Part shown: positions 1-10,748 of the stretch, one piece after another | Layout of the letters: each line of letters starts with the position of its first letter | How positions within the stretch are numbered: position 1 is the stretch's first letter | Source: a virus | Taxonomy: Duplodnaviria; Caudoviricetes | DNA: 64,000 nt | Virus record (IMG/VR): IMGVR_UViG_3300031521_000054 | Location: 312 to 64,311 of that record | Strand: one strand, 5' to 3' | Translations under genes and position numbers: made by a program | The notes under the pieces: generated by a model | What the model saw: the letters and a program-made list of their open reading frames with translations, nothing else | Databases searched by the model: none | What the model was told of the DNA's origin: nothing

Positions 1-113
1 CTGTTATTCAAGTTGCTGATGCTGCAGGAGTTCTAAATACTTATAAGGTTTATAAGTATGAATTTTTACCATTCACAAATAATGAAACTTTCGCTGTAAC
101 AATACCAGCTTAA
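1..113 (+). CDS. 3' end of a truncated gene, probably structural
   Basis: Open frame from position 3 (VIQVADAAGVLNTYKVYKYEFLPFTNNETFAVTIPA) ends at TAA 111-113, just before the next gene. Confidence 0.6.
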   Translation, partial: VIQVADAAGVLNTYKVYKYEFLPFTNNETFAVTIPA

Positions 114-124
114 ATCTAAATATC

Positions 125-2158
125 ATGGGCGTAAATAAATCAGTTGAAATTGTAAAAAATATTGTTATTAATGACAAATTACCTCTTGATGGTAAGCGTT
201 GGAATAACGATGCACCATGGGCTTCAGTAGCAGCAGCTTGTGTTGGTATAGTTCCAGGAGCAAGAGATCAAGGATTAACCATATATCTTGTAAATGGAGA
301 TGAATACTGGTGGAGATATGGTATATCTGATGCTGAACTAATCAAAAAAAGTGATGGGCAAGGTATTCAGGGTATTCCTGGTATTCAAGGACCAACAGGT
401 GCTGTAGGGGGAAAAGGTGATCCAGGTGCTCAAGGTATTCCGGGTATTCAAGGACCTCAAGGTATTCAAGGTGGAAAAGGTGATGCTGGTGGAAAAGGTG
501 ATCAAGGATTACAAGGACCTGCTGGACCAAAAGGTGATTTAGGTGGAAAAGGTGATGCTGGTATTCAAGGAATGATTGGTCCACAGGGTCCTATTGGTCC
601 ACAGGGTCCAAAAGGTGATGGTGGTGCTATTGGTCCAAAAGGTGATATTGGTGATATAGGACCTGAAGGTATTCAAGGTCCTATTGGTGCTGATGGAAAA
701 GCAGTATCAATTTTAGGTACTTATCTTACTGAAGCTGCTTTGATTGCAGCTCATCCAACAGGTATTGCTGGTGATGGTTATCTTATTGATGGTTATCTTT
801 GGGTTTGGGTTAATGCAGCATGGACAAATGTTGGAAAAATTCAAGGACCTCAAGGACCAGCAGGTATTGGTGGTTTAGCTATTTTAATCGTAACATATGC
901 TGCATTAGTTATTTTGAAAAATGCAAATGAATTAGTTATGGGAAGAATATATTTGTTATCTGATTATCAGACAACTTATATTCAACCAAAAACATTAATT
1001 CAAACAACAAGTACTGTTGTTGAACCATTACTTCTTACAGCAATATCAACATCAGAATTATCAAGCATAGCTAAAAGCACATTATATCACGAAGATATTG
1101 TGTATTATGATATTACTGATAATACTGAGGGTTTTACCAAAGGTAAAATTTACAGAAGAATTGATACATTAAAAAATAATAATATTGGTACTGACTGGAG
1201 ACATATTTTTTATCGTAGATGGCAAATAAATGTTGCAACAAATTATGTTGCAGGTTCAAATTATACAAGAGGGGACTTTGTCAAATATGGTGGAATGAAT
1301 GATATTTATTTTTGTAAAACAACACACACCAATAGTGTAAATACTTATGATTCAACAAATTGGCAAGCATTAGGTTTTCAAAATGGTCAGTATGCTGGAT
1401 TAACAGCAACAGGACATAGAATAATATACAGAGGTGTTCAGTATTATGTTCCAGTTAGTGTAAATTTTGAAGATAATCCAATGTTTAAAAGTTATGGTAC
1501 ATATACAAATATGTCTAATGATGACAATACATTGAACAACATAGCATTTATAGGTATTTATAATAATGCTTGGTCATTTGGTTATGGTAATAAAGATTTT
1601 ACAATAATTGGTGGAAGTAATGTTGGTTGGAAAATTGGAAATAATAATTATGAAATAACATTATCCGATAGTAATTGCAATATTGTAATTGGTAATAACA
1701 ATAGCGCAATACATATGAGCAAAAGTAATACTGATTGGAAAGTTGCAAACAATAATTCTTCAATGATATTTGGCAGTAGTAATTGTTATTTTGAAATTGG
1801 TTGTGGTAATAATTCATGGTGTATTACTGATAGTAATACGGATTTTAAAATTGGAAGAGGTAATTCAAGTTTTTATTTTGGAAACAGTAATGTTAATTGG
1901 AAAATAGATGATGCTAATGCAACTTTCACAGTTGGAAATAGTAATTGCAATTATGTCATAGGTAAAAGTATTAGTTCATTAACATTATTGACAAATAATC
2001 TTAATTGGACAATGGATGATGATATTTTCACATCATTAGCAGCTAAAACAATACCAACAACATTAAATGCGTATAATAAAAAATTGAAAAATAGCAACAA
2101 TAAAATAATTGTTGAATACACAGATGAATTTGGTGACATTAATATAATGGAATTATGA
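125..2158 (+). CDS. Collagen-like tail fibre/spike with C-terminal Asn-ladder beta-helix
   Basis: Long G-X-Y run (GIQGPQG, GDKG); C-terminal periodic SN..W/F.IG..N repeats typical of beta-solenoids. Confidence 0.75.
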   Translation: MGVNKSVEIVKNIVINDKLPLDGKRWNNDAPWASVAAACVGIVPGARDQGLTIYLVNGDEYWWRYGISDAELIKKSDGQGIQGIPGIQGPTGAVGGKGDPGAQGIPGIQGPQGIQGGKGDAGGKGDQGLQGPAGPKGDLGGKGDAGIQGMIGPQGPIGPQGPKGDGGAIGPKGDIGDIGPEGIQGPIGADGKAVSILGTYLTEAALIAAHPTGIAGDGYLIDGYLWVWVNAAWTNVGKIQGPQGPAGIGGLAILIVTYAALVILKNANELVMGRIYLLSDYQTTYIQPKTLIQTTSTVVEPLLLTAISTSELSSIAKSTLYHEDIVYYDITDNTEGFTKGKIYRRIDTLKNNNIGTDWRHIFYRRWQINVATNYVAGSNYTRGDFVKYGGMNDIYFCKTTHTNSVNTYDSTNWQALGFQNGQYAGLTATGHRIIYRGVQYYVPVSVNFEDNPMFKSYGTYTNMSNDDNTLNNIAFIGIYNNAWSFGYGNKDFTIIGGSNVGWKIGNNNYEITLSDSNCNIVIGNNNSAIHMSKSNTDWKVANNNSSMIFGSSNCYFEIGCGNNSWCITDSNTDFKIGRGNSSFYFGNSNVNWKIDDANATFTVGNSNCNYVIGKSISSLTLLTNNLNWTMDDDIFTSLAAKTIPTTLNAYNKKLKNSNNKIIVEYTDEFGDINIMEL

Positions 2159-2727
2159 AAAAACATTCAATAACACATTTTTTTGATATTAATCCAGCAG
2201 CTTCAAATAATATTGCAGCAGGATTTGCGTTGGGACAAAAATGGTTCAATAATTTAACAGGAGGTTATTTTTTCCAAAAAGCAAGTGGTGTATGGATTGA
2301 ACTTGGATTAATAGCAGGTATAAAAGCTGGTGCTGTTGCTACAAAACCATTAGGTATTGATTTAAATACAGGCGATTTAACTACTGATTTAAGTATGATT
2401 AAACCATCATATAAAATAACATTACCAAACGTTGGAAATCCAAGTTCTGTTCCAGCAAGATGTCTTGCATCAACAATAGCAGATTATCCAGCAGGTTGGG
2501 CTATAGGACCATGGGGTTCCAATCCTAATGATTTAGAAATAAGTCATAATCTTGGAAGAGATATTCTTTATGTTTCAGTATTTTCAATTGTTGGGGTAAG
2601 TAAGCGATTATTATACGCAAATGCTGCATTTTCAGGAATTATTGCAAAAGATAATACAAATCTTAGGATTGAAGGATTAGGAACAATACCAGCAAATATT
2701 CAGATTAATTTAATATTTGGGGAATAA
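2155..2727 (+). CDS. Tail-fibre-associated hypothetical protein
   Basis: 190 aa, ATGA overlap with the upstream gene; ISHNLG motif of the small beta domains seen in fibre proteins. Confidence 0.55.
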   Translation: MKKHSITHFFDINPAASNNIAAGFALGQKWFNNLTGGYFFQKASGVWIELGLIAGIKAGAVATKPLGIDLNTGDLTTDLSMIKPSYKITLPNVGNPSSVPARCLASTIADYPAGWAIGPWGSNPNDLEISHNLGRDILYVSVFSIVGVSKRLLYANAAFSGIIAKDNTNLRIEGLGTIPANIQINLIFGE

Positions 2728-2739
2728 AACATATTAAGT

Positions 2740-3360
2740 ATGTCATATATACCAGAAATTTCTTGGGCAACAATAATTACTGATGTTGAAATGGTTGATG
2801 CTGTTTCATATTATGTAACTGTGGAACCTATAAATCCTAATGAACCAGGAGGAGCATCAGGGGATAAGGAAATTGGTTTTTGTATTGCAGACTTTGTTGG
2901 TTATACTTTCGAAATAACAGAATTAAATATTGCTGGTAATTGGAATAGAGTTAAAGTAATTGATTCATTTGGAACAGGTTATGGACCACAATCAGGTCAA
3001 TTCGCACGTGTTTATAAAACAGTAGGTAATGGTGAAGCACCATATATTGCTCCAATTGATTACACAATACTTAATAGTTCTGCATTTCAATATAAACATG
3101 CAATTGAATTAGATATTTTATGGAAAAATTTAAACAATCGACAGACAAATGAAAAATTAATAGGTATTGTTGATGGAATAAATAAGATATTCAAAACAAG
3201 CAAGAAATTTTTAACAAATAATATCATAATTTATTTAAACGGAATAAAAGAAAGTCATTTCATTGAATCAGGTGAAGATGAAATTACTCTCGAAGATGCA
3301 CCAAAAAACATAGGTTTCACAGATGTTGTTGAAGCTGTATACACTAAAAATAATTTTTGA
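2740..3360 (+). CDS. Structural hypothetical protein
   Basis: 206 aa; C-terminal domain (G.VDG.NK.F...Y/FxNGI...IT...AP...DV) is shared with the C-terminus of the next ORF. Confidence 0.55.
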   Translation: MSYIPEISWATIITDVEMVDAVSYYVTVEPINPNEPGGASGDKEIGFCIADFVGYTFEITELNIAGNWNRVKVIDSFGTGYGPQSGQFARVYKTVGNGEAPYIAPIDYTILNSSAFQYKHAIELDILWKNLNNRQTNEKLIGIVDGINKIFKTSKKFLTNNIIIYLNGIKESHFIESGEDEITLEDAPKNIGFTDVVEAVYTKNNF

Positions 3361-3381
3361 TTAATGCCAAATTCATAACCA

Positions 3382-4902
3382 ATGGCAACGACACAACAAA
3401 GATCCAGTACCCAATTATACGTTGATTCAGATTTAAACGTAAGGACTAAAAAGGTCATAAATATGGCAGCTGGAACAGCAACAGGACATGCTGTGGAATA
3501 TGATCAGATGAATACTGCAATAACTAATGCCACATCAGGTTTAGGTAATGCTCTTCATGCTCCAGTTCAAAATTTAGCTGCAGCAAAATCAATTGTTTCA
3601 GGTGGAAGAACAGACAAAATGTTAATGAACATTGAAGATCTGGGATTATATCGTTTTGATGCTGAAAGTGTAATTGCTTCTAATGATGCTGGAGTTATTA
3701 GACCAACAGATATTGCTTCAGATGCATCCGCAGGAAGATGGATTCAATTAGCATCATCATTAAATGATCATAATTTATTAAATGGGAAACAAGGCGGATT
3801 AGCAAATGAATATTATCATCTTTCAGCTGCTGAATTAGCTAAATTAACAACAGGATTTAATGCAGCAGCATTAGCAGCAGCTCCAGCTGAAACAGTCGCA
3901 ACAATTGGCACAATAATTAATGGTTCAACAACTGATGCAACACCAGTTGATGCAGATTTAATGCCTATGTTGGATTCAACAGCTGGTAATGTTCTGAAAA
4001 AATTAACTCTTCTAACATTAAAAGCTTATTTTGCTCTTGGTTTTACAGCTGAAAATACAGCTAACAAAGATGCTTCGAATGGTTATGTTGGTTTAACTCT
4101 TTTCAAAATAAATTTCAAAAATGTTCTTGGAACATTCACATCATTTTTCACAAATGCCAATACAGCATCAAGAACATATACTTATCAGGATAGAAGTGGT
4201 ACTATTGCTGATGATACAGATATTACATCTGCAAAAGCAAGAGCAAATCATACTGGTACTCAATTAGCTGCAACAATTTCAGATTTAGCCACTGCTGTTT
4301 CTTCAGCAGCTCCAGCTGAAACTACACAAACAATTGGAACTTTAATAGCTGTAACAGCTGCAGCAAAAGCAACTCCAGTTGATGCTGATAATTTTGGTTT
4401 TTCAGATAGTGCAGCAACAAATATTTTAAAGAAATTTACTTGGGCTAATTTATATGCAGCATTATTTGGTAAAATATCTGGTGATGTAACAGTATCATCT
4501 ACAGGAGTATCAGCAATTGGGGCAGCAAAAGTCACAAGTGCAATGATGGTAAACATGGGAGCAAATACTGTTAAAGGTAGTGTTGCTGGTGGTGTACCTA
4601 CTGATTTAACTGTTGCTCAAATGAAAACAATGCTTGGTTTAACAGTAGCTAATCAATCAACAAGAGTATATCGTGCTGTACCAGCAACAGGAGCTGTTGA
4701 TGGAGCAAATAAAAGTTTTGGATTTACAGGAGTAACAGGTATTTCAGGTAGTGAAGAAGTATTTGTCAATGGTATTTTACAAAATGTTGGAGCTGGAAAT
4801 GATTATACAATTTCATATGCTTCTCCAATGACAATAACTTTTGTTGTTGCACCTTTGTCAACAGCTTTTGCTGATGTTATTTTAGTCAATTATTCCGTAT
4901 AA
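3382..4902 (+). CDS. Ala/Thr-rich tail fibre protein
   Basis: 506 aa; internal duplication AAPAET..TIGT.I....ATPVDAD; RANHTGTQLAATISD fibre-type motif. Confidence 0.65.
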   Translation: MATTQQRSSTQLYVDSDLNVRTKKVINMAAGTATGHAVEYDQMNTAITNATSGLGNALHAPVQNLAAAKSIVSGGRTDKMLMNIEDLGLYRFDAESVIASNDAGVIRPTDIASDASAGRWIQLASSLNDHNLLNGKQGGLANEYYHLSAAELAKLTTGFNAAALAAAPAETVATIGTIINGSTTDATPVDADLMPMLDSTAGNVLKKLTLLTLKAYFALGFTAENTANKDASNGYVGLTLFKINFKNVLGTFTSFFTNANTASRTYTYQDRSGTIADDTDITSAKARANHTGTQLAATISDLATAVSSAAPAETTQTIGTLIAVTAAAKATPVDADNFGFSDSAATNILKKFTWANLYAALFGKISGDVTVSSTGVSAIGAAKVTSAMMVNMGANTVKGSVAGGVPTDLTVAQMKTMLGLTVANQSTRVYRAVPATGAVDGANKSFGFTGVTGISGSEEVFVNGILQNVGAGNDYTISYASPMTITFVVAPLSTAFADVILVNYSV

Positions 4903-4935
4903 TATTCAACAATATATATGTGATATTAGAAAAGT

Positions 4936-7905
4936 ATGGCAAAAACTCAAATAAGAGGTGAGGCAGTTAGTGATAAATCAATAAAATATAATGATATTGA
5001 TTTATCAACCACACCTGCAAAACTATCGGTTGCTTCAACCGATAGTTTTCCTTTAATAGATTTCAGCGATAGTACTAATTTAAAACAAGTCACAATCGCT
5101 AATGTTGAAGTATACTTCAACACGAAATACCATGCAAAATTATTATATACACCAGAAGATTCCGCAAATAAAGAAAATCTAACTCTATCAGCATCAACAA
5201 CAAAATATCCCACTTTAAATTTATTAACAAACGAATTAGCTAAAAAAGCTGATAAAACAACTTATGGTTATGCTCCGTTAGGCAGTGATAGTAAAATCGC
5301 AGCTATATATTTACCATCTTATGTTGATGATGTTATCGAAGGAACGTTAGCAACTTTTCCTGCATTAGGAGAAACAAGTAAAATTTATGTTGATACAGTA
5401 ACAAATTTAACTTATCGATGGGGTGGGTCTGCGTATACTATGGTTGGTGGAACTGGTTTAGCATTAGGCATAAGTTCATCAACAGCATTTCGTGGAGATT
5501 ACGGAAATACAGCATACTTATATAGTCAAATAGGACATTTACCATTAGCTGGCGGAACAATAACAGGCCCAGTAATATTCAGTGTTTTAACAGCATCACA
5601 AAATCTTGAACTTGATGCATCGAAAAACGTAATTTCAGTAGCAAAACTTACAGCATTTAATAAAAATTATGGTGTTACAACAACTGATGTAAAGGTTAAT
5701 GGTACTCAATCAGTTGGTGTTTTAGATCAACTTGCAAGAATTGATCATGTTCATCCAATTGATACTACAAGACAAATTGCTGGTAGTTATTCTCTCACAT
5801 CTCACACTCACACAGGAACACCTACAGTTGGAACAACAGCAGGGCAAATACCTTATTGGAATGGAACAGCTTATGTTCCAGCATCACCAGGTAAATTAAG
5901 TTATACAGAAGTTGGTGGAGTAGCTACATTAACTTTAGGTACAGTATTAATTGATGGTGTTGATTTAGCTATTTTTATTGATGGTTCAACAATTGGTGCA
6001 CAGTTTTATGGTGTAACTTCATTACGTAGTGCTTTTGCAAGACAAAGTGGTGGTGGAACATTAAATTTATTACGTCCTGACTTTCATGGAATAGAAAGTG
6101 CAAGTGGTTATCAAGCAACATTTGGAAGAAGTACTTACATAACTGATTTGGTGCTTGGTGACGGAACAAATGCGAATAATCCATATGTTCGATTACCAAA
6201 TTATGGTGCAGGTATTTTAAAAACAGATGCTACAGGAGTAATAGTTCTTGATACAACAGCTTATTATTCTGTTACTAATCCTCCACCATCTGGAACGGTT
6301 GTAAATAATGGAACATTAACATTAGCTGTTAGTACATATTTAACTGGATCGGCTACATTCACAGCTAACCAAGCAGGAGCTTCAACTTTTACAATCGCAA
6401 CAAATGCAACAGCGGCTGCAACAGGTTCTACTTTAGTTGCACGTGATATAAATGGTGATTTTACAGCAAGATGGATAAATGCTTCATATTTTAATGGTAC
6501 AGCATCAGCTGAAAATACTGGAGCTGCAAATTATATTTATGATAGTGGTGATGGTTATTTCCGCAAAAAGACATTAGCTAATGTTAAAACAGAAATAGTA
6601 ACATCAGCTGCGGTGAATACTGCATTGGGGACAACATATTTTATTCAAAATCAAATATCTGCTGCTCAAACAGGAAACCTTTGGGTTAGTGGTACGGTAA
6701 AGAGTGCACTACATTTGACAGCACCAAATGGTACTTCATTTGTTTACAATATGGTAGACGCAACTGCAACATATGCAGGAGTATATTCATTTCAAGCAGG
6801 TGCTGGTTCACCTGGTTATGGTGGTGGAATGGAATTATATGGACATTCACATGCAACACAACCAGGTTGGGTAACTGTTGGTATAAGTGCTAATAGTGGT
6901 GGTAAATTTGCGGTGAAAAGTTCTGCAAATGGTTCTGGTATAAATTTATTCACAGTTGCTCAGAATGGTCTGATTAACATGAGTACATATTCGTCAATCA
7001 ATGCATCAACAGGAACAGCAGTTGCAGCATTAGGGGTTGATTCAAGTGGAAATTTATTAACAATTGCTGTTGGAGGTGGAGGTGCATATATACCACTCAC
7101 AGGTGGTGAATTAACTAATTCTGGTACTTCACATACTTTTTTAGAATTTAAAAACACTGGAGGTGATTTTTACATAGGAAGAGAAAGTAGTGTAGCTGGA
7201 TCATTTTTTCCAGGTTCTTCAGCATATGCAAATGTTCTTTATAGTTCTAGCTCATATCAATTAATAGTTGGTGCGGTAAAAATACTTGATGTAAGTTCTG
7301 TTGGAGCAGAAGTAACAGGAATAATTTGGGGTTCACGTATTAATTTAGGTGGAACAGGAAACACTGATGCAACAATACATGTGAAAAGTGCATTAGGTGG
7401 TTTTGGAAGACTCACACAATTAATGCCTTCAGCTGCTGCTAGTGTGGATGCAATAAATCTAATAGCTTCGTGTGATGCTTCAAGTGCAGCTCAGTGGTGG
7501 ACATGGGGTGTAAGGGCCAGTGGTAATTACGAATTGTCAGCTTCATCAAATTTTGGGCAGCCTGGTATGTCCTTAACAAGAACAGGTGCCGTTAAATTCA
7601 ATAAGGATATAGTATCAGAGGGAGGTCAAGGTAGATTTAAAGGTTGGGATAATGGTGGTAATTCTGGACAAGCTGCTGAAATAGGTTTAAGTTCTGGTAG
7701 AGTTTACATATACAATTATAATAGAACCACAGCAGGCGAATCAGGTGATGTACAAATAGGTGGTGCAATTGCAGGTGGTTTGGTAATTAAAGGAACCACT
7801 GGAGAAGCAATATTTGGTGCTAATGTAGCATTTGGTTCAACCGCAGGCAAATGTCAAATGCTTTATAATGCAACAGAATCATCAATTGATTTTGTAATAA
7901 ACTAA
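4936..7905 (+). CDS. Long tail fibre protein
   Basis: 989 aa, G/T/S/A-rich; fibre motifs LPSYVDDV.E, YLPLAGGTITG, ARIDHVHP, TLVARD..GDF. Confidence 0.75.
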   Translation: MAKTQIRGEAVSDKSIKYNDIDLSTTPAKLSVASTDSFPLIDFSDSTNLKQVTIANVEVYFNTKYHAKLLYTPEDSANKENLTLSASTTKYPTLNLLTNELAKKADKTTYGYAPLGSDSKIAAIYLPSYVDDVIEGTLATFPALGETSKIYVDTVTNLTYRWGGSAYTMVGGTGLALGISSSTAFRGDYGNTAYLYSQIGHLPLAGGTITGPVIFSVLTASQNLELDASKNVISVAKLTAFNKNYGVTTTDVKVNGTQSVGVLDQLARIDHVHPIDTTRQIAGSYSLTSHTHTGTPTVGTTAGQIPYWNGTAYVPASPGKLSYTEVGGVATLTLGTVLIDGVDLAIFIDGSTIGAQFYGVTSLRSAFARQSGGGTLNLLRPDFHGIESASGYQATFGRSTYITDLVLGDGTNANNPYVRLPNYGAGILKTDATGVIVLDTTAYYSVTNPPPSGTVVNNGTLTLAVSTYLTGSATFTANQAGASTFTIATNATAAATGSTLVARDINGDFTARWINASYFNGTASAENTGAANYIYDSGDGYFRKKTLANVKTEIVTSAAVNTALGTTYFIQNQISAAQTGNLWVSGTVKSALHLTAPNGTSFVYNMVDATATYAGVYSFQAGAGSPGYGGGMELYGHSHATQPGWVTVGISANSGGKFAVKSSANGSGINLFTVAQNGLINMSTYSSINASTGTAVAALGVDSSGNLLTIAVGGGGAYIPLTGGELTNSGTSHTFLEFKNTGGDFYIGRESSVAGSFFPGSSAYANVLYSSSSYQLIVGAVKILDVSSVGAEVTGIIWGSRINLGGTGNTDATIHVKSALGGFGRLTQLMPSAAASVDAINLIASCDASSAAQWWTWGVRASGNYELSASSNFGQPGMSLTRTGAVKFNKDIVSEGGQGRFKGWDNGGNSGQAAEIGLSSGRVYIYNYNRTTAGESGDVQIGGAIAGGLVIKGTTGEAIFGANVAFGSTAGKCQMLYNATESSIDFVIN

Positions 7906-7909
7906 AATA

Positions 7910-10735
7910 ATGGGAACAGTAACAGCAAGAGTAAAAAAAGACGGAACACTTCTGTTAAAAGATAAACTTGACGAAAGACTACCTGTAATTACAGATGGTT
8001 TAGTAGCACATTATCCATTAGATTCAAAAGCAGGAGCTGTTGATGTAATTTCTGGAAGAGGTACAGCACATAATTTCGAATTAAGAACAAATATTCTTGA
8101 TTGTTTATATAAATCATGGCGTGATCCATCAAGTTGGAATTGTTCATGTGTTTGGGATAATGCAGAAAATGCATTAAGATTTGACACGGCAGCTACAGCA
8201 TTATTATATGCTGCTATTCCGATAGATACGGGAAAGAATTGGTACATAAGTGCAGAGTTCAAAACAGGTGCAGGGGCTACTGGTGGTATGTATTTCGGTA
8301 ACATATCAATGGATGCAAATATGACAACTCTTGCAGGTCATCCAGGAACATATGATTATTATGGTAATGTTGGAGAAAAACCACCAACTACTTGGAAACT
8401 TTATAAAAATTATGCCATAGGTGGTGCACCACGTACAGGTGAAACTTCAGACACTAATTATTCAACATTTCAAACAGGTACAAAGTTTGTTTATATAATG
8501 ATTCTTGTAAACTATTCTGGTACTGGACCAACATGGATAAGGAATCTTAAATTTTACACTGATACGATGAGTGACACATCTAATTTAGTTGTATCTGATA
8601 AGGGAATTGCTGTTCAAGAAGCAACAACAAATTTGATAACATCAACAACTGGATATTATTCTCCATGGGGTGGTTTTTCAGGAGTTCAATCCGTTTTTAC
8701 TGCACCAAATGGTTCACAAGGAATAGCATTAAATGCAATAACAAGTGGTGGTTGTGGTTGGAGATTTGCGAATGATAATGGTATGATAGCAGTAACTCCA
8801 AGTACAATATATACAATTTCATGTAAACTTAAAGCAACTAATCTTGCTGCTGTTCATGCTAATTTCTTTTATTTTTATCAATATACTTCTGCTGATGTTT
8901 ATGTTACCGAATACGGTATTTTTACCAGTGCTAATGCAATAAAACTTGATAATGGTTATTATTTTGTTTGGGCATTATTAACAACATCATCAACAACATC
9001 AAAAATACGTTCACAAGGTTATGAATATACTGGAAATCAAATGCTTATGGCTTATGATTTTCAGTTAGAACAAAGAAGTTTTGCAACAGCTAAAATTAAT
9101 GGAACAAAACCTCAAGGATTATTAGCAATAAGTAATCCTGTTAAAACAGGAAATTATACAATTAATTTCAAATGTAAAATATTAAACATAGTTGGTAGTA
9201 ATATAGGCTATCAATCAATTATGTCTATGGGAAATTATTATTCCACTAATTCATGGACAATAATGGATCTGAGTGGTTCTACTGTTTCAGGAGCACAATG
9301 TTTAATACGTAAAGGAAATGCTGATGAATGGGGTTGGGCAAGTGGTGCATTTACTGGAGCAGGTAATTTTCGTGATGAAAATGTTTATACTATTGTAAGA
9401 GATGCAACATATTATTGGTGTTATTGTAATGGTATATTAGTTGGAAATATTAATCATGCATCAACAACAATGCAAGATTTAATATGGATTGGTGGTAGAA
9501 ATGGTGGAGGTCAAGGTGGTTCTGCAATATTTGGTGAATTGTCAATATATAATAGAGTATTATCTGATTTTGAAATAAAATTACTTGTTGGAGAAGGATT
9601 CAAAACAGGACTAACTAAATCAATAACACCATTCATTAATGAAAGTCCATCCATGCCAGTTGATTCATATTATTTTCCTCTCTCATCTAATACGAAAGAT
9701 TCCTCAAGATTAATTGATGCTTTTCAAAAAGATAATTTAGCTTTTGAAGATAGTGCTTGTTGGGTTGGAAATGCTGTCACAAACATAGCTGGAGATATAA
9801 ATGATTGGGGGTTAAGTTGTACAAAACCAAAAAAAAATTTTTTCGTATTCACAGGTCAACAATACATTGTTAAAGGATTTTCAGGTGCTATATCATCACC
9901 ATATACAATGACATTTAGGTTACGAGCAACTAAAACAGGACAAACTATCAGATTATCATGCGAAGCTGGATCCAGTGGAACTGGTTATGATCTTACTCAA
10001 ATAACTCGTGGAACTAAAAATTACTCAAAAAAAATAACATCTACAGGAACCGGATCCTTATCATCCTTATTATATCAATTTGCTGGTGATAATGCTGGTG
10101 ATTTTTCAGAATTATATGTTGATTGGGTACAAATTGAAAATAATCCTTTTGCATCAGCATATACTCCATCAACACGTGGAACAGGAGCATTAACATATAA
10201 TTTGAATGCTTCAATTGGATTAGATTGGTCAGGAAATTGGTCAATATGTTATTGGAAAATGCCTGTTGGTTGTATGGCAAATACAATGACACAATATAAT
10301 ATTGATAGTCTTGGATCAAATGGTAATACAGTTGGAACAGGATATAATTGGTGGGGAAAAGATTCTGGTCCTGACACAATAGCTGGTTCAACTCCTTCAG
10401 CATTTACAGCATCTGATTATTTTAATAAATGGCATTTTGTGACATTAATAAAATCAGGAACAACTTTAACAATAAAGGAATGGTGTATTGGTTCACAAAC
10501 TCATGTTAGAACAATAACAGTTTCAACATCTTTAGCAAATTTCTATGTTAATCAATATGGTTATGATTTAAAACTTGGAGGATATGATAATGGTAATCCA
10601 GTAAACTCTTTTTATCGTGATCTAATTGTTTGTAAAAGAGCACTTTCAGATGTTGAACTTCAAAATATTTATAAACAATTTAGTGTAAATAAAACCAAAA
10701 TTAACGCTAAATATATAATCGAAGAAGGTATATGA
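7910..10735 (+). CDS. Receptor-binding protein with lectin (LamG/ConA-like) and carbohydrate-binding-like domains
   Basis: 941 aa, aromatic-rich; GLVAHYPLD start; LamG-type ends (ELSIYNRVLSDFEI, DLIVCKRALSDVEL); QLEQ/QIEN..FA motifs. Confidence 0.65.
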   Translation: MGTVTARVKKDGTLLLKDKLDERLPVITDGLVAHYPLDSKAGAVDVISGRGTAHNFELRTNILDCLYKSWRDPSSWNCSCVWDNAENALRFDTAATALLYAAIPIDTGKNWYISAEFKTGAGATGGMYFGNISMDANMTTLAGHPGTYDYYGNVGEKPPTTWKLYKNYAIGGAPRTGETSDTNYSTFQTGTKFVYIMILVNYSGTGPTWIRNLKFYTDTMSDTSNLVVSDKGIAVQEATTNLITSTTGYYSPWGGFSGVQSVFTAPNGSQGIALNAITSGGCGWRFANDNGMIAVTPSTIYTISCKLKATNLAAVHANFFYFYQYTSADVYVTEYGIFTSANAIKLDNGYYFVWALLTTSSTTSKIRSQGYEYTGNQMLMAYDFQLEQRSFATAKINGTKPQGLLAISNPVKTGNYTINFKCKILNIVGSNIGYQSIMSMGNYYSTNSWTIMDLSGSTVSGAQCLIRKGNADEWGWASGAFTGAGNFRDENVYTIVRDATYYWCYCNGILVGNINHASTTMQDLIWIGGRNGGGQGGSAIFGELSIYNRVLSDFEIKLLVGEGFKTGLTKSITPFINESPSMPVDSYYFPLSSNTKDSSRLIDAFQKDNLAFEDSACWVGNAVTNIAGDINDWGLSCTKPKKNFFVFTGQQYIVKGFSGAISSPYTMTFRLRATKTGQTIRLSCEAGSSGTGYDLTQITRGTKNYSKKITSTGTGSLSSLLYQFAGDNAGDFSELYVDWVQIENNPFASAYTPSTRGTGALTYNLNASIGLDWSGNWSICYWKMPVGCMANTMTQYNIDSLGSNGNTVGTGYNWWGKDSGPDTIAGSTPSAFTASDYFNKWHFVTLIKSGTTLTIKEWCIGSQTHVRTITVSTSLANFYVNQYGYDLKLGGYDNGNPVNSFYRDLIVCKRALSDVELQNIYKQFSVNKTKINAKYIIEEGI

Positions 10736-10748
10736 TAATAGATGCAAT

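Noticed and set aside
1500-2050. Diversity-generating retroelement target (many AAT codons)
   Set aside because: No reverse transcriptase and no template copy differing only at adenines in the window; the Asn ladder of a beta-helix explains the codons.
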